Of a stretch of 64,000 nucleotides of DNA, positions 1 to 12,107 are shown in pieces. Both the position numbers and the translations under genes were made by a program. Origin of the DNA: Clostridia bacterium (lineage in GTDB: Bacteria; Bacillota; Clostridia; TANB77; CAG-508). The DNA lies in NCBI GenBank assembly GCA_022793905.1, contig JAAWDU010000034.1, positions 7,734-71,733 on the forward strand. The letters run 5' to 3'. The notes below the pieces were generated by a model. That model had not been told where the DNA came from. It worked only from the letters and a program-made list of their open reading frames with translations, and did no database searches. Position 1 is the first letter of the stretch; each line of letters starts with the position of its first letter.

Positions 1-913
1 TTCTGCTAGATTAAATAAAAGTGGCGCATTTTCTTTTGTTTTTGATTTCTTTACTTCTAAAACAGTTGCCTTTTTCCCACCTAAAGAAACAATAAATTCT
101 TTTGCATCATCTTCTTTTTTGAAACCGTTATCACTATAAAGTTTTGGGCTTTCAAACATTTTAGATTTTTCTGATACTTTCCACTCCGCCTTAAAAGTTT
201 TATCCCCTCCAAATTCTCCAATCACTTTATAATACGAAGTTTTCACGAAATTTCTAATTTCTCTTTCCCTTGAAACGACCATTCCTAGTACACATGTCAT
301 AACTCTGCCAACTGATACTGTAATTTTTTCTTCATTTATTTGTTTAGCAACTCTTCTGCCATATATTATTGATAAAAGTCTTGAAAAGTTTATTCCTATT
401 AAATAATCTTCTTTTGCCCTTAAATATGCCGAATCTGATAAGCTATCGTATTCAGAAAGGTCTTTTGCTTCTGTAATTCCTCTTTTTATTTCCTCTTCTG
501 TTTGAGAATCAATCCAGACTCTTTTTCTCATTTTTCCGGCTCACACCTGTTTCTTGTTCAACTAGTCTATATATGTATTCTCCTTCACGCCCAGAGTCTG
601 TTGAAACATATATTGTGTCTACATCTTCTCTTAAGAGCAAATTTTTTACTATGTTAAATTGTCTTTCTGTGCTTGGTATTGTTTCGTATTTGTATTCTTT
701 TGGAAGGAATGGAAGTGTATCTAATCGCCAAAATTTTAGATTTTCATCATATTTTTCTGGGTATGACATTGTAACTAGGTGCCCAACACACCAAGTTATT
801 ACCCATTCATTTGATTCTAGATATCCATTTCTATTTTCTCCATTTATATTTAAAACTTTTGCAAATTCTCTTGCAACAGATGGTTTTTCCGTTATAAGTA
901 GCTTTTTTGGCAT
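1..913 (-). CDS. topB: DNA topoisomerase III, N-terminal TOPRIM part (partial; C-terminus runs off the window). The reading frame is broken at an A-rich run around 509-535
   Basis: ORF 509..913 has the TOPRIM N-terminus (MPKKLLITEKPSVAREFAKVL...DSGREGE). Another minus-strand frame from about 533 to 1 continues with RVWIDSQTEEEIKRG...YLIGINFSRL, which is typical of topoisomerase IA/III. Confidence 0.75.
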
Positions 914-939
914 TCTCTCACCTCTTGTTTTTCACTTTT

Positions 940-2257
940 CTAGCTATTTTGCTTTATTATTCTTTCAATATTTGAAATAGCATATAATGGTATATTTATT
1001 ATCCAATCTTCTTTTCTAAAGTTTGACATTGATGTTCTTACACTTATTTTTGTTTCGTATTTTTGCACGAATGTTTTTAAACTTTTAGCTTGTAAATTTT
1101 CACTTGCTTTTACTTCTATTGGTACATTGTTTTTTCCTATTTGTGTTATGAAATCTATCTCAGATATTCCTTTTTCTGCTGACCAATAAAATAAGTCTAA
1201 ATTTGTACATTGCTTTAACTGTGTTAAAACATACTCTTCTGTTAAACTTCCTTTAAATTCTTTGAATATTTCGTTTCCTTCTAACAAGCTTTTTTCATCT
1301 AGTCTGGACATTGCAGATAATAATCCGAACATCTAACAAATATAGTTTAAATGCGTTAAAATCTTGGTATGCAGAAAGAGGTACCATGGAGTTTGTTACT
1401 CTGTTTACTTGATAAACAAGCCCACAATCAATAAGCCAAGATAATGCTATTTCGTACTCTCTTGCCCTTGCACCTTCTCTAATTAACCCATATATAAATT
1501 TTTTATTTTCCTTTGCTAGCTGAGTTGGTATATTATTCCATAGTGCCCTTATCCTAGGAACTATATTACTTGGAGCATGTTTAGAAAAATCCTGTTCATA
1601 TGCACTTAGTAAACTTTTTTGTATTTTTCTAACTCCTTGTAAATCTTTATTTTCTAGATAATAGCTAACCGCTTCTGGCATTCCGCCCACATAATAATAG
1701 AGCTTCAAGTATTGTTTTAATCTTTCACTAAATACATTTATTAAATCAAAATCATTGTTTTCTAATAATTCAAGCAAATCATTTTCTCCGAATTGCTTCC
1801 ATAAATTCAAGAAAACTTAATGGTGCTAAGTCTAAAAATTCGACTTTTCCTACTGGAAATGATGAATTTTCATGTATTGCTACACCTAAAAGTGAACCTG
1901 CTGAAATTATATGATACTCATTTGCATTTTCACAGAAATATTTTAATGCTTTCATCGCTTTTGGTTCTTCTTGAATTTCGTCTAATATTATGAGTGTATT
2001 TTCTGCTTCAATATTCACTCCTGATTCTATTTTCAAGCCTTGTATAATTCTCTCTAGGTCAAAATCTTCTTCGAATAATTTTTTCATTCTTGTATTATCA
2101 TCAAAATTAATATATGCACACTTTTCATAGTATTTTTTTCCAAATTCTTTCATTAACCACGTTTTTCCTACTTGTCTTGCACCTCTAATTATCAGTGGTT
2201 TTCTATTTTTTGATTTTTTCCATTGCTTTAATTCTTCTATTTTCTTTCTATACATAT
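940..2257 (-). CDS. AAA+ ATPase of the COG1373 / DUF4143 family, split into three ORFs by two frameshifts
   Basis: ORFs 1779..2315, 1295..1810 and 940..1332 give an N-terminal P-loop (RGARQVGKTW), DEIQ, and a DUF4143-like C-terminus. The likely start is ATG near 2257 behind an AAAGGGAGTGG Shine-Dalgarno. Confidence 0.7.
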
Positions 2258-2299
2258 AACCACTCCCTTTTAAGTAGTATAAGTGTATTTTATCATAAA

Positions 2300-2395
2300 C
2301 TTTCACAAAAGTCAAACGACTTTTGTGAAAGTTTGCACATTTTTCAAACGACTTTTGTGCATATTTTACACATTTTTCAAACGACTTTTATAGTT
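2300..2395. promoter_or_regulatory. Operator-like repeat region: a perfect 14-bp inverted repeat (CTTTCACAAAAGTC-aaac-GACTTTTGTGAAAG) overlapping a putative -35, followed by two more direct copies of a CAAACGACTTTTGTG-containing unit
   Basis: Read directly from the sequence. On the minus strand, TTGACT-17-TAAAAT lies inside the palindrome, upstream of the ATPase start. Confidence 0.5.
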
Positions 2396-3055
2396 CTTCA
2401 TTTTCTTTTTTCTCTTTTGGTTCAAAAAAGTATGGAAATATTCCTATTTTTGAGCCTATGTAATGTGCTATTGGAAAAACTACTATAATCGTTCCAAGCT
2501 GTGCAAATAAAATTGGAATTTCTGTGTAGTCTTCTTCACTTACTCTGCTTGCATTTCCAACCATATCTATATAAAAATCTTTTCTTGTTAGTTCTTCTTT
2601 GTATTCTATTTGGTCTAGAAAATATGTATCTCCGTGTTAAATCTTCATACACGATTTTTCCGAACTGGCAATATTGAGTCTCCTGAATATATGCTTTCTC
2701 CCACTTTTTGTACATTTTCGCCATTTATGCGTGCTGATACAATTTCACCTGATGGGAGTGTTAATGCATATAAATAAAAGTTTTTGTAAAAGCCTGCGCC
2801 CTTATTTTTGTATTCTATACCTGGTGAAATTACTGTAAATGTATCATGTGATAAAAGGTCTTCTACATTTTGCGCTCTAAATACATTTTCACCTGCTTTT
2901 CCTCCTATTTCTCCATCCTCTGTTGAATGCTCTTCTACATATTCTTCATATTTTTTTGGAAGCGTATTTTCTAAAATTTTTACTGGAATAAAGCTTAAAA
3001 GAAAGCCCATTAATAGACACAACCAAATGTCAAATCTTAAAATACGATATCTCAT
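2389..3055 (-). CDS. Hypothetical membrane-anchored protein (N- and C-terminal hydrophobic segments), one frameshift near 2645-2700
   Basis: ORF 2645..3055 (MRYRILRFDIWLCLLMGFLLSF...) continues in another frame to a stop at 2389 (...IPILFAQLGTIIVVFPIAHYIGSKIGIFPYFFEPKEKKENEEL). Confidence 0.5.
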
Positions 3056-3222
3056 AATTTTTCCACCTCTCTGTTTTTTATTATACTATATGTAGCATGT
3101 ATAAATCAAGATATTAGTATTTTTTATTATTTGTAGAACAAAGCGCCTCGGCACTCTTTGTTCCGCCTGATTTGAGTTTCGAGCCTAAAGGCGAGAAATC
3201 TCAAAGGGCAAGCGTTCAGCCA

Positions 3223-3266
3223 TTTTTATTTACTAGGAAAGTTAGTACTTTCCTAGTAAATAAAAA
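3223..3266. repeat. Perfect palindrome with 20-nt arms (TTTTTATTTACTAGGAAAGT-tagt-ACTTTCCTAGTAAATAAAAA) flanked by T/A runs; probably a bidirectional terminator. The arm recurs at 37744..37764
   Basis: Read directly. The same 20-mer occurs after the uvrA stop. Confidence 0.5.
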
Positions 3267-3319
3267 TGAAGCCGTCATACTAGCACAAAAATTGTGCAGT
3301 ATGACAGCTTTGTTAGTGC

Positions 3320-3757
3320 TTAGGGTTCAAGTGCTATCTTGAAGTAGCACGAGTTCCGGCTTTCGGTCTCGATAGAATGAACTGCAAAGAAGCAAAACTC
3401 CCCTTCGCAAATGTCTTCAACCGTGTTCAAAAGCTCAATGGGCTTGAAATTTCCCATTCCTTCAAACTCGTAAATATTATGTAGGTACGGGTTCTTAGTC
3501 TTGCAATCGCTAAACCTGACTGTGATGCTTTTTTTGTCATCACCATAACCAAACGTTGCACAAAAGCTAAGCTCCAGTGCAAGCCTGTCAGCATCGTGTA
3601 CCTTCTGGAACATGGGCTCGAAAGCCTTCTTAATGATGATCCGCGCGCAATTCTTAAGCTCGTTCTGCCTCGCTTCCTTATTCTTCTTCTTCAGCGCCTC
3701 TTCCTCAAGCGCTTTCTTCCGGTCTTCGGAAAGCTTCTTCCTAAACTCCATAGACAT
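3320..3757 (-). CDS. Hypothetical protein with markedly higher GC than its surroundings; has its own consensus-like promoter
   Basis: 145-aa ORF. GC is about 45-50% against a background near 28%. Upstream on the minus strand: TTGACT-17-TATAAT, a short hairpin and a GGAGGG Shine-Dalgarno. Confidence 0.55.
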   Translation of the reverse strand: MSMEFRKKLSEDRKKALEEEALKKKNKEARQNELKNCARIIIKKAFEPMFQKVHDADRLALELSFCATFGYGDDKKSITVRFSDCKTKNPYLHNIYEFEGMGNFKPIELLNTVEDICEGEFCFFAVHSIETESRNSCYFKIALEP

Positions 3758-3947
3758 AATAATATGCCCTCCTTCAAATTAGACCCTCGGTCTTTATTTT
3801 GGAACATTTTTATTATACCACACATTATGTAAAAAAGCAAATAATAAGTCAAACTTTTTTTACATATATGCTTGCTTTTTTATTTATTTTATGGTATGAT
3901 ATTAGGCGATAAGTTTAGAATGGAGAAAGAGGAGGTGCGACTAAGTT

Positions 3948-4214
3948 ATGCCAAATATTAAATCTGCTATTAAAAGAACAAAAATAATAGAAAAAAAGAC
4001 AATGCAAAATAACATGGTTAAATCTGGTTATAAAACTGCTGTAAAAAAATTTGAAACTGCAATTGAAGCAGGTGATATAAAAACTGCTGAAGCTCTTTTT
4101 GTTGAAGCAACAAAAAAGATTGACCAAGCTTGCACAAAGGGCGTTATTGTAAAAAATACTGCTGCTAGAAAAAAATCTAGCTTAGCAAAAAAATTAAATG
4201 CTGTAAAAGCATAA
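3948..4214 (+). CDS. rpsT: 30S ribosomal protein S20
   Basis: 88 aa: MPNIKSAIKRTKIIEKK...AIEAGD...KNTAARKKSSLAKKLNA matches the S20 family. There is a GAGGAGG Shine-Dalgarno. Confidence 0.9.
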   Translation: MPNIKSAIKRTKIIEKKTMQNNMVKSGYKTAVKKFETAIEAGDIKTAEALFVEATKKIDQACTKGVIVKNTAARKKSSLAKKLNAVKA

Positions 4215-4259
4215 TATAATGGAAGCTAAAGAAAAATTCTAAAGCTTCCTTTTTTTATT

Positions 4260-5333
4260 CTATACCATTAATGTTAAAATTGATGCAATAGTATTATTTA
4301 CTCCATGAGCTATAATATTTGTAGTTATATTATTCGATTTTGTATATAGATAAGCAAAATATCCACCTAAAAATGAATATGGAATTGCCATAACTATTAC
4401 ATTAAATAAAGTAGCCTCACCAATTGAGTGCATTAGTCCAAAAATCAATGCTGTAGCTATTATAAATACTTTATCATTTCGTATAAATTTTCTTACTGCA
4501 CCTCTAAAGACTAATTCTTCAACAATAGGTGCCCATATAATTGCAAGCGGAATTGATATAATCCTTGGCATTGCTTCAATTGCTGACTGATTTTCTGATA
4601 CACCTTTTTGTGAAATTATAATAGAAATTAAATTACATAAAACTAATCCTACATACATTATTAATAATCTTGGTGCAAGAAAACTTGCATATGTACCAAA
4701 GTTTTCTTTTAATATTTTGAAAGATTTTATCAATTCTTCCCAAAATGCAATAATCGATAAAACAAACAGAACTACATATGTGCTAGCTACACGAATTACA
4801 GCTAAAATTTGATTTTTGGGCACAGGAATTATCAAAATACCAAGGAAATATACCAAAAGTAATATCCCAGCAAGCCATTTTTCCTTTTTTACAGGTTTTT
4901 CATACTCTATCTTAGGTATTTTCTTTTTTTCCTTTGAAGGATAATCTTCTGAATTTTTCCTCCTCAAACATAAAATAACTATAAAATTAACTAAAGAAAA
5001 TGTCTGTACTAAAATATTTGTAGACATAAAAAAGCAGATAACAGAAAAGGCTATTACCCAACCTTTTTTCTTTAAAATGCTATTATTTATAGCGTATATC
5101 ACCATAATTCCATTTAAAATTAATATCACTATGCTCATAAAAATATATACATTAGCACCATTATTTTGAATATTCGCAATCATTCTTTCTTGCAGTTCTA
5201 CTGGAAACATAGCATATACTTCTTGTATTGACTTAATGCTTGCTTGAACTAGAGCTTGCACATTTACTAACGCAATAATTGCACCAATCATTTGTAAAAT
5301 AGAAGATATTATAAAATATATTTTTTTCTTCAT
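4260..5333 (-). CDS. CPBP-family (CAAX/Abi) intramembrane metalloprotease
   Basis: Multi-TM protein carrying the EELVFRG and FGLMH motifs. Confidence 0.75.
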   Translation of the reverse strand: MKKKIYFIISSILQMIGAIIALVNVQALVQASIKSIQEVYAMFPVELQERMIANIQNNGANVYIFMSIVILILNGIMVIYAINNSILKKKGWVIAFSVICFFMSTNILVQTFSLVNFIVILCLRRKNSEDYPSKEKKKIPKIEYEKPVKKEKWLAGILLLVYFLGILIIPVPKNQILAVIRVASTYVVLFVLSIIAFWEELIKSFKILKENFGTYASFLAPRLLIMYVGLVLCNLISIIISQKGVSENQSAIEAMPRIISIPLAIIWAPIVEELVFRGAVRKFIRNDKVFIIATALIFGLMHSIGEATLFNVIVMAIPYSFLGGYFAYLYTKSNNITTNIIAHGVNNTIASILTLMV

Positions 5334-5396
5334 TTGCTATTCCTCCTATTTACTAATATATCACAAATTACAAGGTATTGCAAACAAGTATTTATT

Positions 5397-6167
5397 TTAT
5401 AATCCCATTATATTATATCCACTATCTACATATAATATTTGACCTGTGATTGCTCTTGACATTCCACTTAACATAAAAGCTACTGCATCTCCAACTTCTT
5501 CTTGTGTAACATTTTTTCTAAGTGGTGCTTTTTCTTCCACAACATCTAAAATTGAATTAAAATCTTTTATTCCCTTTGCTGATAATGTTTTTATTGGTCC
5601 TGCTGATATAGCATTAACTCTTACTTTTTGTGGTCCCAAATTATCTGCTAAATATCTTATGCTACACTCTAGAGAAGCTTTTGCAACTCCCATAACATTA
5701 TATCCAGGTAAAACTTTTGTCGAACCATAATATGTAAGTGAAACTAAACTTGCATTTTCGTTTAAAATATCTATATCTCTTGCTATTCTTGCAGTGGCTA
5801 CAAATGAATATGCACTCACATCATTTGCATGGGCAAATCCTTCTTTTGAAGTATTTATAAAATCATTTCTCAAATCTTCTGTATTTGCATGAGCTATACA
5901 GTGTACAATTCCATCTAATTTTCCATATTCTTCCTTAATTTCTTTTAAAACCTTTTCTATATCTTCATCTTTTGAAGCATCACATATATACGCTTTTTTG
6001 TATGGTATTTCTGAAAGCAAAGCTTCTATTTTCTCTTTATTTTCTTCTCCTTGATATGTAAAAAATAATTCTGCTCCATTTTCAACTGCTCTCAAAGCTG
6101 TTCCCCATGCTATACTCCACTTATTTCTAATACCCATTATTAAAATCTTCTTTTTTTCTAATATCAT
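5397..6167 (-). CDS. fabI: Enoyl-ACP reductase (NADH), FabI
   Basis: 256 aa SDR: GIRNKWSIAWG...Y..K...ISAGPIKT. Confidence 0.85.
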   Translation of the reverse strand: MILEKKKILIMGIRNKWSIAWGTALRAVENGAELFFTYQGEENKEKIEALLSEIPYKKAYICDASKDEDIEKVLKEIKEEYGKLDGIVHCIAHANTEDLRNDFINTSKEGFAHANDVSAYSFVATARIARDIDILNENASLVSLTYYGSTKVLPGYNVMGVAKASLECSIRYLADNLGPQKVRVNAISAGPIKTLSAKGIKDFNSILDVVEEKAPLRKNVTQEEVGDAVAFMLSGMSRAITGQILYVDSGYNIMGL

Positions 6168-6168
6168 T

Positions 6169-6976
6169 TTAACCTCCTATATATTCTCCCATATTTCTAA
6201 ATTTTTTGTATCTTAAGTTTACTAATTCATTTGTATCTAATGTTTTTAACTCCTTAATAGCCTTCACAATTTCCTTTTTAATTAAGTCTGATGTCATAAT
6301 TATATCATTTACTGCTCCTCCATTTTCTGGTTCTTTTATAACTTTATCTATTACCTTAAATTCATATAAATCATCAGCTGTTGGTTTCATTATGCTTGCA
6401 GCCTCTTTTGCTCTACTTGAATCTTTCCATAAAATACTTGCGTACCCTTCAGGCGAAAGTATTGAATATATCGAATTTTCAAGCATAAAAATCTTATCTG
6501 CAACACCAATTGCAAGTGCACCACCGACTTGAGCCCTCTCCAATAACTATAGAAACAATTGGCACTTTCAATCGAGACATTTCAAGTAAATTACGAGCAA
6601 TCGCTTCGCCTTGACCTCTTTCTTCTGCACCTATCCCTGGATATGCACCTTTTGTATCAATAAATGTAACTATTGGTCTATTAAACTTTTCTGCTTGTTT
6701 CATAAATCTAAGAGCTTTTCTGTAGCTTTCTGGATTAGGCATACCAAAGTTTCTTTCTATATTTTCCTTTGTATTACGCCCTTTCTGCTCAGCAATAATT
6801 GTAACAGGCTCGTTACTAAGTTTAGCAATACCACAAACGATTGCCTTATCATCTGAAAAACATCTATCTCCATGAAGCTCTAAAAAATCATCAAAAATAT
6901 TTTTAACATAATCAAGTGCAGTAGGTCTATTCATATCACGAACTATTTGAACAACTTCCCACGCATTTTTTTTCAT
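6169..6976 (-). CDS. accA: Acetyl-CoA carboxylase carboxyltransferase alpha subunit, with one frameshift
   Basis: ORFs 6494..6976 ([26 protein letters not shown]) and 6169..6543 overlap by 50 nt. Confidence 0.85.
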
Positions 6977-7828
6977 AAGCTCACCTCACTTTTCTTATGT
7001 AAGCTTAAAATTCTAGAAAGTATATCTTTCATCTCAAACCTTGGTACTACTAAGTCAATAAATCCATGCTCCATCAAAAATTCTGCTGTCTGAAATCCTT
7101 TTGGAAGTTCTTCTCTGATTGTTTGTTCTATTACACGAGGTCCTGCAAAACCTATCATAGCGCCAGGCTCTGCTAAAATAACATCTCCAAGGCTTGCAAA
7201 AGATGCTGTGACCCCTCCATATGTTGGGTCTGTTAGAACAGAAATATACAAAAGCCCTGCACTATCTAATTTTGCAATTGCACTTGATGTTTTTGCCATT
7301 TGCATTAAAGACATTATACCTTCTTGCATCCTAGCTCCTCCGAGATACACTAAAAATGATTAGAGGTAAGCTAAATTCTATTGCTTTTTCTATAGAATAT
7401 GTTATTTTTTCACCTACAACTGTTCCCATACTTCCCATCAAAAAATTTCCGTCCATTATACAAAGAACAACTTTTTCTCCATTAATCTTGCAGGTTCCAC
7501 ATTTCACGGCTTCTTCTATTCCTGTTTTTTCTCTAAGTGCATTTATTTTTTTTGTATATTCTTCCATTCCAAGCGGATTTATTGTATCAATTTTTAAATC
7601 AAATTCACAAAATGTTCCTTCATCCGCAATTTGCATAACCCTTCTTCTACTTGAAAGCCTAAAATGATGTCCACAATTAGGGCACACACTAAAATTTTCC
7701 TGTACAATATCCTTATACATTATCTCTTTACATTTATCACATTTGACCCATTTATGTGCTGGTATATCCACAGGATTTTCTTTTCTTACATCTTTTACTT
7801 CACGCTTTTTTATTTTGTCAACTATCAT
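6973..7828 (-). CDS. accD: Acetyl-CoA carboxylase carboxyltransferase beta subunit, with one frameshift
   Basis: Zinc ribbon [31 protein letters not shown] at 7828 sits behind an AGGAAAGG Shine-Dalgarno. The ORF track reads through from the accC C-terminus in the same frame. Confidence 0.8.
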
Positions 7829-7833
7829 ATAGT

Positions 7834-9214
7834 TTAGTCCTTTCCTAAAATTCCGTTTTTCTACAAAGGATGTATCATAGTTCCCTCTAATGAAATCATA
7901 GTTAGTTATTATTTTAAGTAAAAAATCTGCATTTGTATCAATTCCTTCTATCACTAACTCCTCAAGGGCTCTTTTCATTTTTGCAATTGCTTCTCCACGA
8001 CTTGCTCCATGAGCAATTATTTTGGCAATCATTGAATCATATATTGGTGGAATCTCACATCCTTCATATATTGCTGTATCAACCCTTATACCATTACCAC
8101 CGTGGCAAATTTAGACCGTATTATCTTTCCGTGGACTTGGTCTAAAGTTTTTGCTTGGATTTTCTGCATTTACTCTGCATTCGATTGAATGTCCACTAAT
8201 CATAATGTCATTTTGCTTAAATGCAAGTTTTTCGCCATTTGCAATTTTTATTTGCTCTTTTATCAAGTCTATTCCTGTATTTTCCTCTGTTATTGGATGT
8301 TCAACTTGAATTCTAGTATTCATTTCCATAAAATAGAAATTTTTATCTTCATCAAGTAAAAATTCAACTGTACCAGCATTAGTGTAACCTGCTGCTTTTG
8401 AAGCTTTAACAGCTGTTTCGCAAATTTTTGCTCTAAGTTTATTATCAACAACAGGTGATGGTGTTTCTTCAATTATTTTCTGATTTTTTCTTTGTACTGT
8501 ACAATCTCTTTCACCTAAATAGACTGTGTTTCCATGCTCATCTGCTAAAATCTGAACTTCAATATGTCTTGGATTTTTTATGTATTTTTCCATATAAATC
8601 TCATCATCTGAAAAAGAAATTTTTGCTTCTTGTTTAACTAAATTTAAGTTTTCTTCTAGGTCTTCAGGATAATTTACTATTCTAATTCCCTTTCCGCCTC
8701 CTCCACTTGAAGCTTTGAGAAGTACTGGATATCCTATTTCTTTAGCAATTTTTTTTGCATGTTCTAAATCTTTTATTTTTCCATTAGAACCTGGTATCAC
8801 TGGCACTCCTGCTTTTCTCATCATTTCCTTGCTGTTTGATTTATTACCCATTTTTTCTATTACATTAAACTTAGGTCCTATAAATTTTATGTTTGACTCT
8901 TCACAAATTTTCGCAAATTTTGAATTTTCCGATAAAAATCCAAAACCGTGGGTGTATACTATCTGACCTAGTAACATTTGCAGTTTCTATAATATTTTTA
9001 ATATTCAAATAACTTTTGCTTGCTGAGCCGAGGTCCGAACACAAATTGCTTCATCAGCAAGTCTTGTGTGCATTGCATCTTTGTCTGCTTCTGAATATAT
9101 TGCAACTGTTTTTATATTCATTTCTTTACAAGCTCTAATTATTCTTACTGCAATTTCTCCACGATTTGCTATAAGTATTCTTTTCATATTCATGACTCCT
9201 TTATACAATGGCAA
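7834..9214 (-). CDS. accC: Biotin carboxylase, with several frameshifts; the stop is not seen in the given frame
   Basis: N-terminus [20 protein letters not shown] in ORF 9005..9214; ATP-grasp core in 8111..8977; C-terminus [10 protein letters not shown] inside ORF 7331..8032. Confidence 0.8.
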
Positions 9215-9624
9215 AAGTTAGCTCTCCTTTGACCGCAATTTCTCCATTAACCGTAGCAACTGCTTCTCCAACTCCTATAGGTCCTTTTCTTTTTATAATT
9301 CTCACTTCTAGTTTTAAAACATCGCCAGGAACAACTTGCCTTTTAAATCTTAATTTATCTATTCCACCAAATAACGCATTCTTTCCTCTGTTATCTTCCT
9401 CTGAAAGTATAGCAATCGCCCCTGTTTGTGCTAATGCTTCTGTGATTAAAACACCAGGCATTATTGGATTTCCTGGGAAATGCCCTCCAAAATACCATTC
9501 ATTTATGCATACATTTTTATATGCTATTGCCATTTCTCCGTGGAATATATTCTTCTACTCTATCTATCATCAAAAATGGTGCTCTTTGTGGAATTATTTC
9601 CATTATTTCCTTTATATTTAGCAT
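9201..9624 (-). CDS. fabZ: 3-hydroxyacyl-ACP dehydratase FabZ, with one frameshift near the N-terminus
   Basis: ORF 9201..9533 ([22 protein letters not shown]). The upstream frame gives [23 protein letters not shown] behind an AAGGAGG Shine-Dalgarno. Confidence 0.8.
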
Positions 9625-9630
9625 AAATTT

Positions 9631-10091
9631 AAGCCTCCTTTATTTTGAAAAGAGGTTTACCATAATCAACCATTTCACCATCTTTTACTAATATTTCTAT
9701 AATTTCTCCTGTAAATTCTGACTCTATCTCGTTCATAAGCTTCATTGCTTCTATTATGCAAAGTGTTTCTCCGAATATTTATCTTTTGCCCAATAGATAC
9801 AAATGCTTCTTTATCTGGAGATGGTTTTGCATAAAATGTTCCAACCATTGGAGATGTAACTATTTTCGATTTTTCATCTTGACTAGGAGTTTTTATTTCC
9901 TGTTTTGGTATGTCATTAGAAACTATAGCAGTTTGTACATTTTGCATAGGAACGTTTACAGGTATATTTAATTTTTCTTTATTTGCATTTTTTACACTTA
10001 TTTTTGTTCCATCTGGAAACTCAATTGAAATTTCTGCCAAAGTAGATTTTTCCATATCACTAATAATTTTTTTAATCTCAGAATATTCCAT
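9631..10091 (-). CDS. accB: Biotin carboxyl carrier protein, with a frameshift in the C-terminal biotinyl domain
   Basis: ORF 9675..10091. The alternate frame restores ...[43 protein letters not shown]. Confidence 0.8.
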
Positions 10092-10108
10092 TTTCTTTAA
10101 AATCCTTT

Positions 10109-11350
10109 CTAATCTTCAAACTTTTTTAAAAGTATCACACTATTGTGCCCACCAAATCCTAGAGAATCTGACATTGCATATTTTATATTATAATTTCTTC
10201 CGAGTATTTGGAACTACATCTAAATCACATTCTTCATCTGGTACTTTGTAATTTATTGTTGGTGGCACAAAGCCATCTTTAATTGCTTTTACAGTAATTA
10301 TTGCCTCAACACTGCCTGCTGCTCCAAGTAAATGTCCTGTATTTCCTTTAGTTGAACTAATCATTAATTTTCTTGCATGTTCCCCAAAAGCCCTTTTTAT
10401 GGCTATTGTTTCAAATTTGTCATTTAGGTGTGTTGATGTTCCATGAGTATTTATATAATCAACATCTTCTAGGTTTATTCCGTGCTTCTTTAACTGCATT
10501 TACCATAGCTCTTGCTCCACCTTCACCCTCTGGTGATGGTGAAGTTATGTGATATGAGTCTGATGTTGCTGAATATCCTACTATTTCTGCATATATTTTA
10601 GCACCTCTCTTTTTTGCATGCTCATAGTCTTCTATCATCAAAACTCCTGCACCTTCTCCCATTATGAAACCACTTCTTTCTTTATCAAATGGAATACTTG
10701 CTCTAGTTTTGTCAGTAGCAGTTGATAATGCTTTCAAATTTGCAAACCCAGCTATTCCAAGTGGTGTAATAGTTGCTTCAGTTCCTCCGAACTAGCATTA
10801 CATCTTGATATCCATGTTTAATTATTCTATAACATTCTCCAATTGTGTGAGTTCCAGTTGCACATGCTGTAACCATTGAAAAACTTTCTCCTTGTGCACC
10901 CATCTCTATTGAAACATTTCCAGTTGCCATATTAATTGTTGCCATTGGTATAAACATAGGAGAAACCCTGTCTGGTGCTTTTTCATTTAGTGTTTCATTA
11001 TTATCTTCAATAGTTTTAAGTCCACCAATTCCTGAACTTATTGCAACACCAAAACGTGTTTTATCAATCTTTTCTACATCCAATCCGCTATCTTTCATTG
11101 CTTCTCTTGCTGCAACTATTGCAAAATGTGAAAATCTATCTAGTCTTTTCACATTTCTTCTGTCAAAATGTTCTTCAGGATTGAAATTTTTTACTTCTGC
11201 TGCTATTTTTACTTTTGAATTACTTGTATCAAATAAAGTTATATCATCAATTCCACATTTTCCTTCTTTTATTCCATCCCAAAGTTCACATACATTATTT
11301 CCTATTGGAGTAATTGCTCCAAGACCTGTAATTACTACTCTTCTATCCAT
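10109..11350 (-). CDS. fabF: 3-oxoacyl-ACP synthase II, in four fragments
   Basis: ORFs 10778..11350, 10459..10737 and 10188..10499, plus a short alternate-frame C-terminus (...[22 protein letters not shown]). KAS family. Confidence 0.85.
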
Positions 11351-11361
11351 TTTCTTTCCTC

Positions 11362-12099
<738 letters not shown>

Positions 12100-12107
<8 letters not shown>

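Noticed and set aside
573-980. Numerous plus-strand ORFs of 60-160 aa lying antisense within minus-strand genes (for example 573..980, 2195..2488, 5446..5730, 20025..20213, 22387..22792, 25340..25642, 35466..35711, 53182..53457, 57406..57876)
   Set aside because: They give low-complexity Leu/Phe/Ser-rich translations, fully overlap well-supported genes on the other strand, and lack Shine-Dalgarno sequences. They are artefacts of AT-rich sequence.
2536-2724. Independent 62-aa ORF
   Set aside because: It is an out-of-frame segment of the frameshifted membrane-protein gene 2389..3055.
3100-3320. tRNA, tmRNA or rRNA genes in the GC-rich islands (3100..3320, 43640..43830)
   Set aside because: There is no GTTCRANYC T-loop, no acceptor or anticodon-arm geometry, and no rRNA-like conserved blocks. 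No RNA gene could be supported.
7331-8032. Genuine AccC-AccD fusion protein (and likewise RimM-TrmD, 46101..46721)
   Set aside because: An ATG with a good Shine-Dalgarno (AGGAAAGG) starts accD exactly where expected. Stops (TAA at 7834) exist one frame away. The region is full of compensating indels. The read-through is an assembly artefact.
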